Positions 28,741 to 38,761 of a DNA stretch of 64,000 nt are shown here, in pieces. Position 1 is the first letter of the stretch; every line of letters begins with the position of its first letter. The notes under the pieces were generated by a model that searched no databases, was not told the origin of the DNA, and saw only the letters and a list, made by a program, of their open reading frames with translations. Source of the stretch: Myxococcales bacterium (lineage in GTDB: Bacteria > Myxococcota > Myxococcia > Myxococcales > 40CM-4-68-19). The stretch covers positions 23,690 through 87,689 of the forward strand of contig DASQAS010000244.1 in assembly GCA_035635635.1 (NCBI GenBank), read 5' to 3'. The position numbers and the translations under genes were made by a program.

Positions 28741-28781
28741 CCCCGGCCGACGAAGACGGCTCAGGGGCTATGCTTTTTTAC
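28741..28781 (+). terminator. Imperfect hairpin plus T6 run after the 587-aa gene
   Basis: CCCCGGCCG-ACGAAGA-CGGCTCAGGGG followed by CTATGCTTTTTT. The T-run lies inside the last codons of the convergent gene. Confidence 0.35.
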
Positions 28782-30696
28782 TCTTGTCGCGGATGACCAC
28801 CGCGGTCGGTGGCGGATCGGAAGCCCGGTCGAGATCCACGATCCTTTTCGTCCCCACGTACGCAGTCGTCTCGTACCGGGTGATCTTCCCGATCTTCTTC
28901 ACGATGCTCGCCATGCGCTCCGCCTCGCGGAGGATGGCGGCCAGCTCCTCCCGGCCCCGGTCGTTCTCCTTCGTGCGGCGGAAGAGCAGCTCCGAGAATC
29001 CGAGCACGCTGGTGAGCGGCTGGTTGAGCTCGTGCGCGGCGGCGCCGGCCAGCTCGGAGACCAGGGCCGTCTTCTCCGCCTCCTCCAGCCGCTGCCGCGC
29101 GTTGCTCAGCTCCGCGTCGCGCCGCATCTCCTCGCGCAGATCGTGGAAGACGCCGACCGTCGCGGTGTCGCGGCCGCCCTCCGCCACGATCGCCGCGGAG
29201 AGGTCCACCGGGATCGCCTCGCCGGTCCGGGAGAGCAGCTCGCAGCGCATCCGCCCGAACTCCTCGCCCGCCGTCCGCGCTGCGCGCAGCCGCTGCATCA
29301 CCCGCTGGGCCTGACCCGGGGGGTAGAGACTGCTGACGTGCGCCTTGCCCACCAGATCCGCGCGCGAGAACCCCGTCATCCGCTCCGCGCCGCGGTTGAA
29401 GAGCAGCACCTTCCCCTCGAGATCGGCGGCGACGATGCCGTCCGCGGTCGCGTGGATCAGCCGCTCGAGGAACTCCTTGGTCTTGCGCAGCTCCGCCTCG
29501 AGCTCCCGCCTCTCCGAGTCGTCCCGGAAGCTGAGGATGGCGTGGCCGTTCTGCGAGTGGAGCGCCCCGGCCGAGACCGACAGCGTCAACTTGCGGCCGT
29601 CGCGCGTCTCGACCCGCAGGTCGGCGGAGACCACCCTCCCGCCGCGGGCGATCTCTCGCCAGAGGAACTCCGCCTCCATCGCGCTCTGGATGCCCACCAA
29701 TTCTTGAAGCGGTAGCCCGCGTGCGCCCAGGCTCTGGACGCCGAGGATGGCGCAGCCGGCGGGATTCAGCGTCAGGACGCGCCCCTGGTCGTCGAGGACC
29801 GCCATGCCGTCGTTCACGTGGCTGAAGAACTCCTCGTACCGGCGGACCTGCGACAGCTCCCGCTCGGCGGCGACCCGCTGCAGCCGCTCGCTCCGGATCC
29901 GCCCCGCGCTGCGCAGCGCGACGGCAGCGGCGCTCGCCACGGCGCTCAAGAAGGCGATCTCGCCCTGGTCGAAGCCGCCGCGCGTGCGGGAGCGCACCAC
30001 CAGCACGCCGGCGACCGCGCCCTGGCAGCGCATCGGCACCACGGCAAGCGCGCTGAGCTTCTGGACGGCCACGCGCTCGCGCACCGGATCGAGCAGCGGA
30101 TGCTCCTGCGCGTGGTCGATCAGGAGCGGCCTGCCCGTGTTGATCACTTCGCGGAACTCTGGATAGTTCGCGAGGTCCAGCAGCCGGCCGCGCGCCTCCG
30201 GATCGTCGCTCGAGGCCACCACGGTGGCGGAGCCTTCCTCGATCAGGACCAGCGAGCAGCGGTCCACGGTAAGGCGGCCCGCGATGCGGTCCACCACCTG
30301 AGCGAGGAGGCGATCCGGATCTCCTCCCGCGGCGAGGGCCCCGGTGACGTCCACCAGCGCGGTCAGATCGTCGGCCTGGCGCTGCAGCGCGCTGCGGTCC
30401 TCGGTCGCCTGGACCAGCCTGCGCAGGAGCTGCGTCAGATCGCCGGCGACGTGCGGAAGCCGGACCACCGCGTCGAGCAGGTCCGCTTCGGGTGGCGTGG
30501 CCGCTCCCGCGGCGAGGACGCCGACGACGGGGGCATAGCGGCGCCGGACGTCGGCGATCCGCTCCGGCGCAGCGGCCAGATCGACGAGCGCGCCGCCGCC
30601 GTCGGCGATCTCGAATCCGGCGGCGACCAAGGGACCTGCGAGCGCCTGGGCGGCGGGGCCAACGAGCGCGATGCGGGCTTTGCGATGTTCCGGCAA
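28768..30696 (-). CDS. Sensor protein: pseudo-receiver, GAF, 2x PAS and HisKA, lacking an HATPase_c domain
   Basis: 642 aa with a TTG start. H-box AAHELNQPLTSVLGFSELL lies about 75 aa from the C-terminus. No N/G1/F/G2 boxes. Convergent gene and terminator follow directly downstream. Confidence 0.75.
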   Translation of the reverse strand: MPEHRKARIALVGPAAQALAGPLVAAGFEIADGGGALVDLAAAPERIADVRRRYAPVVGVLAAGAATPPEADLLDAVVRLPHVAGDLTQLLRRLVQATEDRSALQRQADDLTALVDVTGALAAGGDPDRLLAQVVDRIAGRLTVDRCSLVLIEEGSATVVASSDDPEARGRLLDLANYPEFREVINTGRPLLIDHAQEHPLLDPVRERVAVQKLSALAVVPMRCQGAVAGVLVVRSRTRGGFDQGEIAFLSAVASAAAVALRSAGRIRSERLQRVAAERELSQVRRYEEFFSHVNDGMAVLDDQGRVLTLNPAGCAILGVQSLGARGLPLQELVGIQSAMEAEFLWREIARGGRVVSADLRVETRDGRKLTLSVSAGALHSQNGHAILSFRDDSERRELEAELRKTKEFLERLIHATADGIVAADLEGKVLLFNRGAERMTGFSRADLVGKAHVSSLYPPGQAQRVMQRLRAARTAGEEFGRMRCELLSRTGEAIPVDLSAAIVAEGGRDTATVGVFHDLREEMRRDAELSNARQRLEEAEKTALVSELAGAAAHELNQPLTSVLGFSELLFRRTKENDRGREELAAILREAERMASIVKKIGKITRYETTAYVGTKRIVDLDRASDPPPTAVVIRDKSKKA

Positions 30697-30738
30697 CGGG
30701 TCGCTCTCTCGTCCCCCAGCCGTAAAGTCTACCGCGAG

Positions 30739-31905
30739 TCAGCGCGCTCCACGAAACGCCGCGAGAGCGGCCGCCATCACTTCCTTCAGGGCGACCCCCG
30801 CCCGCTCGGCTGCCTGCCTGCAATCCTCGAACTCCGGAGCGACGTTCAGGACGTCGGCGCCGAGGCGCCCGACCTTCACACGCACCTTGCCGTACGCGGT
30901 CTCCACCTCGACGAGCTCGCGGTCCAGCACGCGCCGTTCGATCCGCGTGGCCCGGACACCCAAGCTGCTGGTCTGCTTGAAGATTTCAGCCTCGACCCGC
31001 GCCCGCGCGGCCTCGGGGACCAGCGCGCCGAAGAGGTGCCCGGGCCGCCCCTTCTTCATGGTCACCGGCGCGATCCACGCGTCCAGCGCCCCCGCCGCCA
31101 GCACCGAGTCGAGCGCGGCCGCCACCAGCTGGGGGGAGAGATCGTCGAGGTTGGCTTCCAGGACCCATGCCGCCTCGCGATCGCTCACCGCCGGCCTGCC
31201 CAGGATCGCGCGGACCAGGTTGGGAGCGTCGTCCCAGCGGCGTGTGCCGGCCCCGTATCCGATGCGATCCACGGTCAGCTCCGGCACGGACGCCGCTTCC
31301 TCCGTCCAGGCCGCGAGGATGGCCGCGCCGGTCGGCGTGGTGCGCTCGCCCGGACCGCTGGGCCGCAGCGTTCGCCCGCGCAACAGCTCTAGCGTCGCGG
31401 GCGCCGGTATCGGGATCGTGCCATGGGCGCTCTTGGCCGTGCCGCTCCCCGAGGGCGGAGGCAAGCCGACGATGCGCGCCGGCGCGAGCGCGTCGATCAG
31501 CAGCGCGGCGCCGACCACGTCGACGATCGAGTCGATCGCGCCAACCTCGTGGAACTCGACCGACTCGGCGGGAATGCCGTGGACGCGTCCCTCCGCCTCG
31601 GCCAGACGCGCGAATCCGGCCTGTGCCAGGCCGGCGGCGCGCGCCGGCAAACCGGCCCGCGCGATCAGCTCACGGATGTCGCGCCACTTGCGGTGCGGAT
31701 GCCGCTCGGCAGCCCCGCGCACTTCCACGTGCAGGGCGCGGATCCCGGCCACCTCCACCTCTTGCGCTTCCACCGAGACGCCCGGCAGGTTCAGACGGCG
31801 CAGGCCGGCGTCCAGGGCCGATCGCGGCGCGCCGAGGTGCAGGAGCGCAGCCAGGGTCATGTCGCCGGCGATCCCGCCGATCGGCTCGAGGACCAGCGTG
31901 CTCAC
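30739..31905 (-). CDS. larC: LarC-family nickel insertion protein (nickel-pincer cofactor biosynthesis)
   Basis: GTG 31905 (VSTLVLEPIGGIAGDMTLAALLHLG). 4-nt GTGA overlap with larB. Confidence 0.85.
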   Translation of the reverse strand: MSTLVLEPIGGIAGDMTLAALLHLGAPRSALDAGLRRLNLPGVSVEAQEVEVAGIRALHVEVRGAAERHPHRKWRDIRELIARAGLPARAAGLAQAGFARLAEAEGRVHGIPAESVEFHEVGAIDSIVDVVGAALLIDALAPARIVGLPPPSGSGTAKSAHGTIPIPAPATLELLRGRTLRPSGPGERTTPTGAAILAAWTEEAASVPELTVDRIGYGAGTRRWDDAPNLVRAILGRPAVSDREAAWVLEANLDDLSPQLVAAALDSVLAAGALDAWIAPVTMKKGRPGHLFGALVPEAARARVEAEIFKQTSSLGVRATRIERRVLDRELVEVETAYGKVRVKVGRLGADVLNVAPEFEDCRQAAERAGVALKEVMAAALAAFRGAR

Positions 31906-32705
31906 TTGGCCCGCGCCTCCATGGCGCGGCCGGCCGCGGCGCGCGCCGCGTGCGACTGGCGCGCGATCAGCGCCGCGACGAACCCGGCGCTGAACCCGTT
32001 GTCGATGTTCACCACGGTGACGTTCGCCGCGCACGAGTTCAGCATGGCGAGCAGCGCGGCGATCCCGCCGAGCGAGGCGCCGTATCCGACGCTGGTCGGG
32101 ACCGCGATCACCGGCCGGGCCACCAGGCCGCCTACCACGGACGGGAGCGCGCCCTCCATCCCCGCGCAGACCACCAGTGCGTCCGCCTGGCGCAGCGCCG
32201 GGGCACGGCGCAGCAGGCGGTGCAGTCCCGAGACACCCACGTCGTAGAGCCGCTCGATCTGCGCGCCCACCACCTGCGCGGTCGCGCACGCCTCCTCCGC
32301 CACCGGGATGTCGGTGGTGCCCGCGCACACCACCGCGACCAGGCCTTCCCGCGGCGGCGCTCCACCAGCCGGCGGGGCGGTGAACGTGCGCGAGACCGGG
32401 TCGTAGCGGCCGTGCGGCGCCGCGGCGATCGCGGCCGGCTCCGCCTCGGCCGACATGCGGGTGACCAGCACGGCCTGGCCGAGCGAAACCAGCTTCTCCA
32501 CCAGCGCGCCGATCTGCTCGGGCCGCTTCCGCTCGCCGAAGATCACCTCCGGGACGCCCATGCGCAGCGCGCGCTCGCCGTCGAGCTGGGCGAAGTCCGA
32601 CACGTAATGGACCGGCAGCTCGCCGAGCCGACGCACGGCGTCCTCCACGGACACCTGGCCCGCCTTCACCTGCTCGAGCAGGACCTGCACCGCCCGCGTG
32701 TCCAT
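31902..32705 (-). CDS. larB: LarB (pyridinium-3,5-biscarboxylic acid mononucleotide synthase; PurE-like)
   Basis: 267 aa: GVPEVIFGERKRPEQI and AGMEGALPSVVGGLV..PVIAVPTSVGYG..LNSCAANVTVVNIDNGF. Confidence 0.85.
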   Translation of the reverse strand: MDTRAVQVLLEQVKAGQVSVEDAVRRLGELPVHYVSDFAQLDGERALRMGVPEVIFGERKRPEQIGALVEKLVSLGQAVLVTRMSAEAEPAAIAAAPHGRYDPVSRTFTAPPAGGAPPREGLVAVVCAGTTDIPVAEEACATAQVVGAQIERLYDVGVSGLHRLLRRAPALRQADALVVCAGMEGALPSVVGGLVARPVIAVPTSVGYGASLGGIAALLAMLNSCAANVTVVNIDNGFSAGFVAALIARQSHAARAAAGRAMEARAK

Positions 32706-32718
32706 CGCGGGCGATCTA

Positions 32719-33333
32719 TCACACGAGGCCCAGCATCGAGAGCAGCCGCGAGAGCGACTCGTCCACCGGGGCCGCCACGATGCGGCCTGCGTACCGCACG
32801 CCCGGCAGCCGCAGATCGGTGACCAGGAGCAGCGTGGACTCCAGATCGCCGAAAGCGGCCTGCATGGTGTCTGCCAGGGTCCCGCTGCCGACGTGCGGGA
32901 TCGAGGGGACCAGCGTGAGCCCCACCGCAGCCGCGACGCCGCCCACGTAGCTCGAGACCACGATGTTGGACATCTCGGCCAGCGCGCTGGTGTACATGGT
33001 GGGCCGCTCGGTGGCGCCGGAAGGCGAGCCGAGCAACAGGCCGCCCATCAAGGTGGCGCCCTCCTGCGTCACGTGCATCATCCAGCGCAACCGCGCCCCG
33101 CCTTCGACCTCGAAGTGGACCGAGAACGCCGCGCCGTCCGGCTGGAGCACGCGCTGGACCGCGCCCTTGGGGGCGACCTGGGCGCGGGGCTGGGCCGCCT
33201 CCACCAGCGTGCCGAGCAGCTTGCCCAGCGACCGCGCCGCGTCGGCGGAGCCGAACTGCGCCAACTGGCGCAGCGCCTCGAGTTGATGGGGCGTGAGCTC
33301 GAGCGGGCTGATGACGGGGCGCTTCTGCATCAA
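32719..33333 (-). CDS. CheC-like chemotaxis phosphatase (only one intact E-x2-N site)
   Basis: 204 aa. The second site is intact (ALAEMSNIVVSSYVGG...P); the first site is degenerate (LRQLAQFGSADAARSLG). 4-nt overlap with the cheA stop. Confidence 0.65.
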   Translation of the reverse strand: MMQKRPVISPLELTPHQLEALRQLAQFGSADAARSLGKLLGTLVEAAQPRAQVAPKGAVQRVLQPDGAAFSVHFEVEGGARLRWMMHVTQEGATLMGGLLLGSPSGATERPTMYTSALAEMSNIVVSSYVGGVAAAVGLTLVPSIPHVGSGTLADTMQAAFGDLESTLLLVTDLRLPGVRYAGRIVAAPVDESLSRLLSMLGLV

Positions 33334-35327
33334 GCGGCCCCTCTGAGCCGCTGCCCGACTTCGGCGAGCTCGTGCAGCCCGCGCGGATCGAGCACCAGCA
33401 GCGGACGGCCGTTGCCGAGCACGGTGGTCCCGGCGAGGCCGCGGATCCGATCGAGCGGCGGGAAGAGCGGCTTGAGCACCGCCTCCTCCTGGCCCACCAG
33501 CCGATCGACGGAGAGCGCGAACGTGATCCCGTCCACCTCCAGCACCGCGAAGGGCCTGGGCCCCGGCGGCGCCAACGAGGGCAGCCCGAACAGCTTCGCC
33601 AACGAATACGCGCGCACCAGCTGGCCCATCACGGCCAGCGAGCGGGCCTCGAATCCTTCGCCCCCGCGCGCAGAGAGATCGTACTCGGTGGTGGCGACGA
33701 TGCGCGTCATCGGCAGGCCGTACATCTCGCCGCCGACCTGGACCAGGAGCAGGTTCGCCATCGAGACGCTGAGCGGAAGCTCGAGGGTGAAGCGCGAGCC
33801 TTTTCCCGCCGCGGACCGCAGGCTGATCTTCCCGCCCAGCCCTTCGACGGCGGACTTGACCGCGTCCAGCCCCACGCCGCGGCCGGAGAGATCGGTGGCC
33901 TCCGCGCGCGTCGAGAGCCCCGGCAGGAAAGCCAGCTCGTAGCTCTGCTGCTCGCTCAGCTCCGCCACCTTTTCGGAGGAGAGCAGGCCCATGTCGATGG
34001 CGCGCCTCCGCAGGCGCGCGGCGTCGAATCCGGCGCCGTCGTCGCTGACCTCGACCAGCACCTTGTCGCGCTCGCGGCGGGCGGACAGGACCAGGAGCCC
34101 GCGCCCCGATTTGCCCACCGCCAGGCGCTGCGCGCCCGTCTCCAGCCCGTGATCGACCGCGTTGCGCACCAGGTGCGTGAGCGGGTCGGCCAGGGCCTCG
34201 ATCACGGTGCGGTCCAGCTCGACCGCGCCGCCCTGCACCTCCAGCTCGACCTCCTTGCCGAGGCGGTGGGCCAGGTCGCGGATGGCGCGGGGCAAGCGCT
34301 CGGTGAGCGTATAGAACGGCGTGAGCCGCGCGTTCATCACCCGCCCGTGCAGATCGCGCGCCGTGCGGCGCAGCCGGTCGATCTCCGCCTCGAATTGCGC
34401 CGCGACCTTTTCTGGAAGATGCCGGGCCGCCTCGCGCATCCGGGCGATCCCGTGGAGCACCTCGGCGGCCTGGTCGAGGAGCTGATCGAGCGCCTGGGCG
34501 CGCACGCGCACGGTCGCGTCGGCGCGTGGCTCCTCGAGCGGGGCTCCCTCGGGGAACGTCGTCAAGGTGCGGGCGGAGAGCGCCGCGGCCGGCTCGGGAG
34601 GCGGCGCATTGGCCGGCGGGGAGGGCCGCACGGCGACCCCCTCCACCTCGGGGATCCCGTCGAACAGTGCGCGCACCTCGTCGACGCTGCGCGCGGTGGC
34701 GAGCACCGCCGTCACCCGCGCGCCGCCCTTCTTCTGCATCAGCGAGCCGGGCTGTGGCTCCATCTCCAAAAGTGTGCCCGCGCTCTTCAGCTTGCGCTGG
34801 ACGATCAGGGCGCGCGCCCCGGGCGCCTGGCAGGCCTTGATGAGCGAGAAGGTGACGTCCAGCCTCGGCAGATTCGGGTCGGCCTCCACCTTCTTCGCCG
34901 GCCTCGCAGCGGGCGCGGGCGCGGCGTCCGGCAGCGCGCTGGACGCTACGGAGAGGCGCTCCACCAGGGTCCCCGTGTCCGCGCGATCTTCCTTCGCGCG
35001 CTCGCCGCCCGAAGCGTGCTGCACCTCGCGCACCAGCGCGTCGGTCGCCTGCAAGAGCAGGTCGACCTGCATCCGCTCCGGCCGCCGCCGCTGCGCCTTG
35101 AGCTTGGCGATCAGCGTCTCGGCCACGTGCGCGATGTCCACGATGGTCTTGAGGCCGATGGTCGCCGCGCTGCCCTTCACCGAGTGCACCCGGCGGAAGA
35201 TCGAGTCCCAGAGCGGGCCACCCGGCGGCTCCTGCTCGATCCGCACCAGCTCGGAGGCGAGCTGCTCCAGGTGCTCCGTCGCCTCGGCGATGAAGGCGTG
35301 CAGGTACTTGTGGGGCGCCTCGGCCAT
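33330..35327 (-). CDS. cheA: Chemotaxis histidine kinase CheA
   Basis: 665 aa: HPt (RRVHSVKGSAATIG), HATPase (DDGAGFD, GRGVGLD) and a C-terminal CheW-like domain. Confidence 0.9.
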   Translation of the reverse strand: MAEAPHKYLHAFIAEATEHLEQLASELVRIEQEPPGGPLWDSIFRRVHSVKGSAATIGLKTIVDIAHVAETLIAKLKAQRRRPERMQVDLLLQATDALVREVQHASGGERAKEDRADTGTLVERLSVASSALPDAAPAPAARPAKKVEADPNLPRLDVTFSLIKACQAPGARALIVQRKLKSAGTLLEMEPQPGSLMQKKGGARVTAVLATARSVDEVRALFDGIPEVEGVAVRPSPPANAPPPEPAAALSARTLTTFPEGAPLEEPRADATVRVRAQALDQLLDQAAEVLHGIARMREAARHLPEKVAAQFEAEIDRLRRTARDLHGRVMNARLTPFYTLTERLPRAIRDLAHRLGKEVELEVQGGAVELDRTVIEALADPLTHLVRNAVDHGLETGAQRLAVGKSGRGLLVLSARRERDKVLVEVSDDGAGFDAARLRRRAIDMGLLSSEKVAELSEQQSYELAFLPGLSTRAEATDLSGRGVGLDAVKSAVEGLGGKISLRSAAGKGSRFTLELPLSVSMANLLLVQVGGEMYGLPMTRIVATTEYDLSARGGEGFEARSLAVMGQLVRAYSLAKLFGLPSLAPPGPRPFAVLEVDGITFALSVDRLVGQEEAVLKPLFPPLDRIRGLAGTTVLGNGRPLLVLDPRGLHELAEVGQRLRGAA

Positions 35328-35331
35328 GGAC

Positions 35332-35700
35332 TTATTCGCCGAGGACCTTCTTCACCACGGCCAGGACGTCCTCTCCGCGGAATGGCTTGACGATGAAGTC
35401 GGTGGCGCCCGCCTCGATCGCCTCCATCACCAGCGATTCCTGTCCGAGCGCCGAGCACATGATCACCACCGCTCCGGGATCGTGCTGGACGATCTCGCGG
35501 GTGGCGTCGATGCCCGACTTGTAGGGCATCACGATGTCCATGGTGACGAGGTCGGGCTTCAGCTCGCGGAAGAGGTTCACGGCCTGGACGCCGTCGTCCG
35601 CCTCTCCCGCCACGGCGAAGCCCGCGGTGGTGAAGATGTCCCGCAGCGTGTTGCGCATGAACAGCGCGTCGTCGACGATCAGCACTCGCCTCTGGGGCAT
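35332..35700 (-). CDS. cheY: Chemotaxis response regulator CheY
   Basis: 122 aa stand-alone receiver: LIVDDALFMR, TMDIVMP, FIVKPF. Confidence 0.9.
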   Translation of the reverse strand: MPQRRVLIVDDALFMRNTLRDIFTTAGFAVAGEADDGVQAVNLFRELKPDLVTMDIVMPYKSGIDATREIVQHDPGAVVIMCSALGQESLVMEAIEAGATDFIVKPFRGEDVLAVVKKVLGE

Positions 35701-35704
35701 TGCC

Positions 35705-36124
35705 TTAGGCCTCCACCAGGTTGTCGATGGCCCGCTGGAGCAGATCCGGATCGATCAGCATCAGAGGTCCCTCGGCAGAATCCGCAAGCGCGCAAGCCGC
35801 GCCCGACGGCTCGCTCAGCTCCCGTGCCTCGGGCGGGAGCTCCTCGATCCCCGCGACCTCCGAGACGTACAGTCCGACGTCCCCCTTCGCCCGCTGCAGC
35901 ATCACCACCTTGCCCTCCGGCCGCGCCGGGCGGGCCTTGAGCCCGACCATCGGACCGAGGTCGATCAGCGCCGCGACCCGCCCCTGCTGCGACATCACTC
36001 CGAGCAGGGCGGGCGGAGCGCGCGGGACGCGCGAGACGAACGTCATCTCGGTCACGCGGCGCACCGCGGAGAGCGGAAGGGCGTAGCGGTTGCCTCCGTG
36101 CAGGCAGATGACGGCGCGCGGCAT
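35705..36124 (-). CDS. cheW: Chemotaxis coupling protein CheW
   Basis: ATG 36124, 139 aa: YALPLSAVRRVTEM..LLGVMSQQGRVAALIDL. Confidence 0.85.
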   Translation of the reverse strand: MPRAVICLHGGNRYALPLSAVRRVTEMTFVSRVPRAPPALLGVMSQQGRVAALIDLGPMVGLKARPARPEGKVVMLQRAKGDVGLYVSEVAGIEELPPEARELSEPSGAACALADSAEGPLMLIDPDLLQRAIDNLVEA

Positions 36125-36126
36125 CG

Positions 36127-37542
36127 CTACTCCAGCCTGAACCGCGAGACCACGGTCTGCAGCTCCACGGAAAGGTTGGTCAGCTCCTGCGATGCCGAGG
36201 CGATCGACGCGGTCACCACCGCCTGCTCGCCGATGGCGCGCGAGACCTCCTCGGTGCTCTTGGCATTCGAGGAGGCGACCTCGCGGATCTCGCGGATGGC
36301 CTTGACCATCTCCTCCGAGCCGGCGAGCTGTTCCTTGGCGGCGTGGGAGATGGCGGTGACGCGTTCGGTCCCGGCCTGGGTGGCGTGGACGATCTCGTCG
36401 AGCGAGAGGGTAATCCGCGCCAGATCCTCGCGGCCTTGCCCGAGCTCGTCGATTCCTTCCTTCATGGCCGCGACCGCGTGCTGGCTGCGCTGGCTGATCT
36501 CCTGCGCCAGCCGGCTGATCTGCTCCGCGGAGCGGCCGGCGGACTCGGCCAGCTTGCGGACCTCGTCGGCCACCACGGCGAAGCCACGTCCGTACTCGCC
36601 CGCCCGGGCAGCCTCGATGGCGGCGTTGAGCGCGAGCAGGTTGGTCTGCTGCGCGACCCCGGTGATGGCGACGACGATCTTGCTGATCTCCTGCGTCTTC
36701 TCGCCGAAGGCAAAGACGGTCTCGGAGGCCGCCTCGATCTCCGCGAACACCTTCTTGATCTTCTCCGCGGCAAGCTGGGCGGCTGCTCCGCCGGCCTGCG
36801 CCGCGCTGGAGGTGGCGGTGGCGGCTTCGGCGGCGGCCTGCGCGGTATTGGCGCTGCTCTTGATGGAAGTGGCGATGCCGCTGATCAGGGCGCTGGCGCG
36901 CTCGACCAGGCCGAGCTGCTCGTCCGCGCCCTTGGCGATGCGGTCCATCGACTCCTTGATCTCCTCGGCAGAGGCGGTCACGTTGCCGGTGGAGACCTGC
37001 ATCTCGTCGGCGGAGTCGGCCACCGCGCGGCTGGTGTTCTGGATGTGGCGCACCAGGTCGCGCAGGTTCTCCTGCATGTGCGAGATGGCGACGGTCAGCT
37101 CGTCCACCTCGTCGGCGCCGAAGAGGAAAGGCCGCTCGCTGGGAAGCGACTTGGACAGATCTCCCCGGCTGATCTCCAGCGCGCTCCGGTTCAAGCGCAC
37201 CACACGGTTCGCGATCTGCTTGAGACCCACCGATACGGCGATGGCCACGAGCAGGCCGGCGACCGCGCCGACCACGGCGTGTTGCGGGTCCATCCCGCGC
37301 CGGATCACCTCGTAGGCGAGCACGCCGGAGAGCACCGCCCAGATGCTCATGTCGCCGAGGAAGACCTTGAAGAACAATCCCAGCCGGCGGGAGCTCCCTC
37401 CCAGACGCGGGCTGCGCACGGGCCGCATCCCCGGGCTGGTCGGCACCGGGCTGGCCGGCGGAAGCGTCGTCGCCCCGATCGTTCGGATCGGAGCCTCGTG
37501 TTCGTCGGTTCCGAGGAGCTCGTGGTGGGCGGGCGTCGCCAT
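36127..37542 (-). CDS. Methyl-accepting chemotaxis protein (TM hairpin plus HAMP, no periplasmic sensor domain)
   Basis: Signalling tip [36 protein letters not shown]. The start is ambiguous: ATG 37542 is preferred on GC3, with alternatives at 37596 and 37428. Confidence 0.85.
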   Translation of the reverse strand: MATPAHHELLGTDEHEAPIRTIGATTLPPASPVPTSPGMRPVRSPRLGGSSRRLGLFFKVFLGDMSIWAVLSGVLAYEVIRRGMDPQHAVVGAVAGLLVAIAVSVGLKQIANRVVRLNRSALEISRGDLSKSLPSERPFLFGADEVDELTVAISHMQENLRDLVRHIQNTSRAVADSADEMQVSTGNVTASAEEIKESMDRIAKGADEQLGLVERASALISGIATSIKSSANTAQAAAEAATATSSAAQAGGAAAQLAAEKIKKVFAEIEAASETVFAFGEKTQEISKIVVAITGVAQQTNLLALNAAIEAARAGEYGRGFAVVADEVRKLAESAGRSAEQISRLAQEISQRSQHAVAAMKEGIDELGQGREDLARITLSLDEIVHATQAGTERVTAISHAAKEQLAGSEEMVKAIREIREVASSNAKSTEEVSRAIGEQAVVTASIASASQELTNLSVELQTVVSRFRLE

Positions 37543-37633
37543 CCCGCCGCACTGTATCCCGAGGCGGGGCAACGGCAAATGAGCTTCCGGGGCCATTGCG
37601 CTGGGCGAGACGCCCGGCTACCGTTCCACACCC

Positions 37634-38701
37634 ATGCCCGTTCGGGGCAACACCTCAGGACTCTCGTTGGGCGCTCCCGACTCCCTCGACGAGCGCACGC
37701 GGCGCGTGCTTTCCGCGATCGTGCTCGATTACATCCAGAGCGGAGAACCGGTAGGCAGCCATGCGATCGCCCGAAGGGCCGACGTGGACGTCTCTTCCGC
37801 GACGGTGCGCGCGGTCATGGCCGATCTGGAGGAGATGGGCTTCTTGCAGAAGCCGCACACCAGCGCGGGCCGGGTCCCCACCGCGCACGGGTACCGGTAT
37901 TACGTCGACGTCCTTCTGCGCGTGAAGCCGCCGCTGCCCGAGGAGCGCGAGCAGATCGAGCGCCGCGCGCACGAGGCGAGACAGCTCGAGGGGCTGATGA
38001 CCGCCGCCTCCCGCGTCCTCCACTCGCTGACCCGCCACGCCGGCGTGGTGGCCGCGCCGCGGCCCCAGTCCGAGCGGCTGCAGCGGATCGAGTTTCTGGA
38101 GCTGCGCGAGGGCCGCGTCCTCGCGGTGCTGGTCTCGCGCTCGGGAGCCGTGCGCAACCGCCTGCTCTCGCTGCGCGAGCCGCTCTCGGACACCCAGCTC
38201 GAGCACGCCGGGAACTACCTCAACTCGCTGATCGCCGACCGCACGCTCGCCGAGGCGCAGGCGCGGCTGCGCGCCGAGCTCGAGCGCGACCGCCGGGAGC
38301 TGGGCGAGCTCCAGGCCAGGGCGCTCGCGCTGGGCGCGGAGGCCGTCGAGATCTCCTCGCCCGCCGTGCACATCGAAGGGCAGGCTTCGTTCCTGGAGGA
38401 TCCGGCGCTCGCCCAGGACATGGCGGCGATCCGGGCGCTGTTCCGCGCGCTGGAGGAGAAGGAGCAGGTGCTCGCGGTCCTGGACCGCACGCTGGCCGCG
38501 GAGGAGCTGCAGATCTTCATCGGGGCGGAGAGCGGGATCCTGCAGCCCGACCTGGCCATCGTCGCCGCCCCCTACCGCCTGAAAGGCGAAGTGGTGGGTG
38601 CGCTTGGGGTGATCGGACCCACCCGGATGGACTATTCCCGGGTGATCCCCCTGGTGGAGCTCACCGCACAGACCGTCGGCTCCACGCTGGACGACAGTTG
38701 A
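37634..38701 (+). CDS. hrcA: Heat-inducible transcription repressor HrcA
   Basis: 355 aa: RTRRVLSAIVLDYIQSGEPVGS and ATVRAVMADLEEMGFLQKPHTSAGRVPT. Confidence 0.9.
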   Translation: MPVRGNTSGLSLGAPDSLDERTRRVLSAIVLDYIQSGEPVGSHAIARRADVDVSSATVRAVMADLEEMGFLQKPHTSAGRVPTAHGYRYYVDVLLRVKPPLPEEREQIERRAHEARQLEGLMTAASRVLHSLTRHAGVVAAPRPQSERLQRIEFLELREGRVLAVLVSRSGAVRNRLLSLREPLSDTQLEHAGNYLNSLIADRTLAEAQARLRAELERDRRELGELQARALALGAEAVEISSPAVHIEGQASFLEDPALAQDMAAIRALFRALEEKEQVLAVLDRTLAAEELQIFIGAESGILQPDLAIVAAPYRLKGEVVGALGVIGPTRMDYSRVIPLVELTAQTVGSTLDDS

Positions 38702-38761
38702 AGCGCCCCTTGGCGAACGCTTTTGGTGCGCTATGTTACCGCGTCCTTTCAAGGAGACGAC

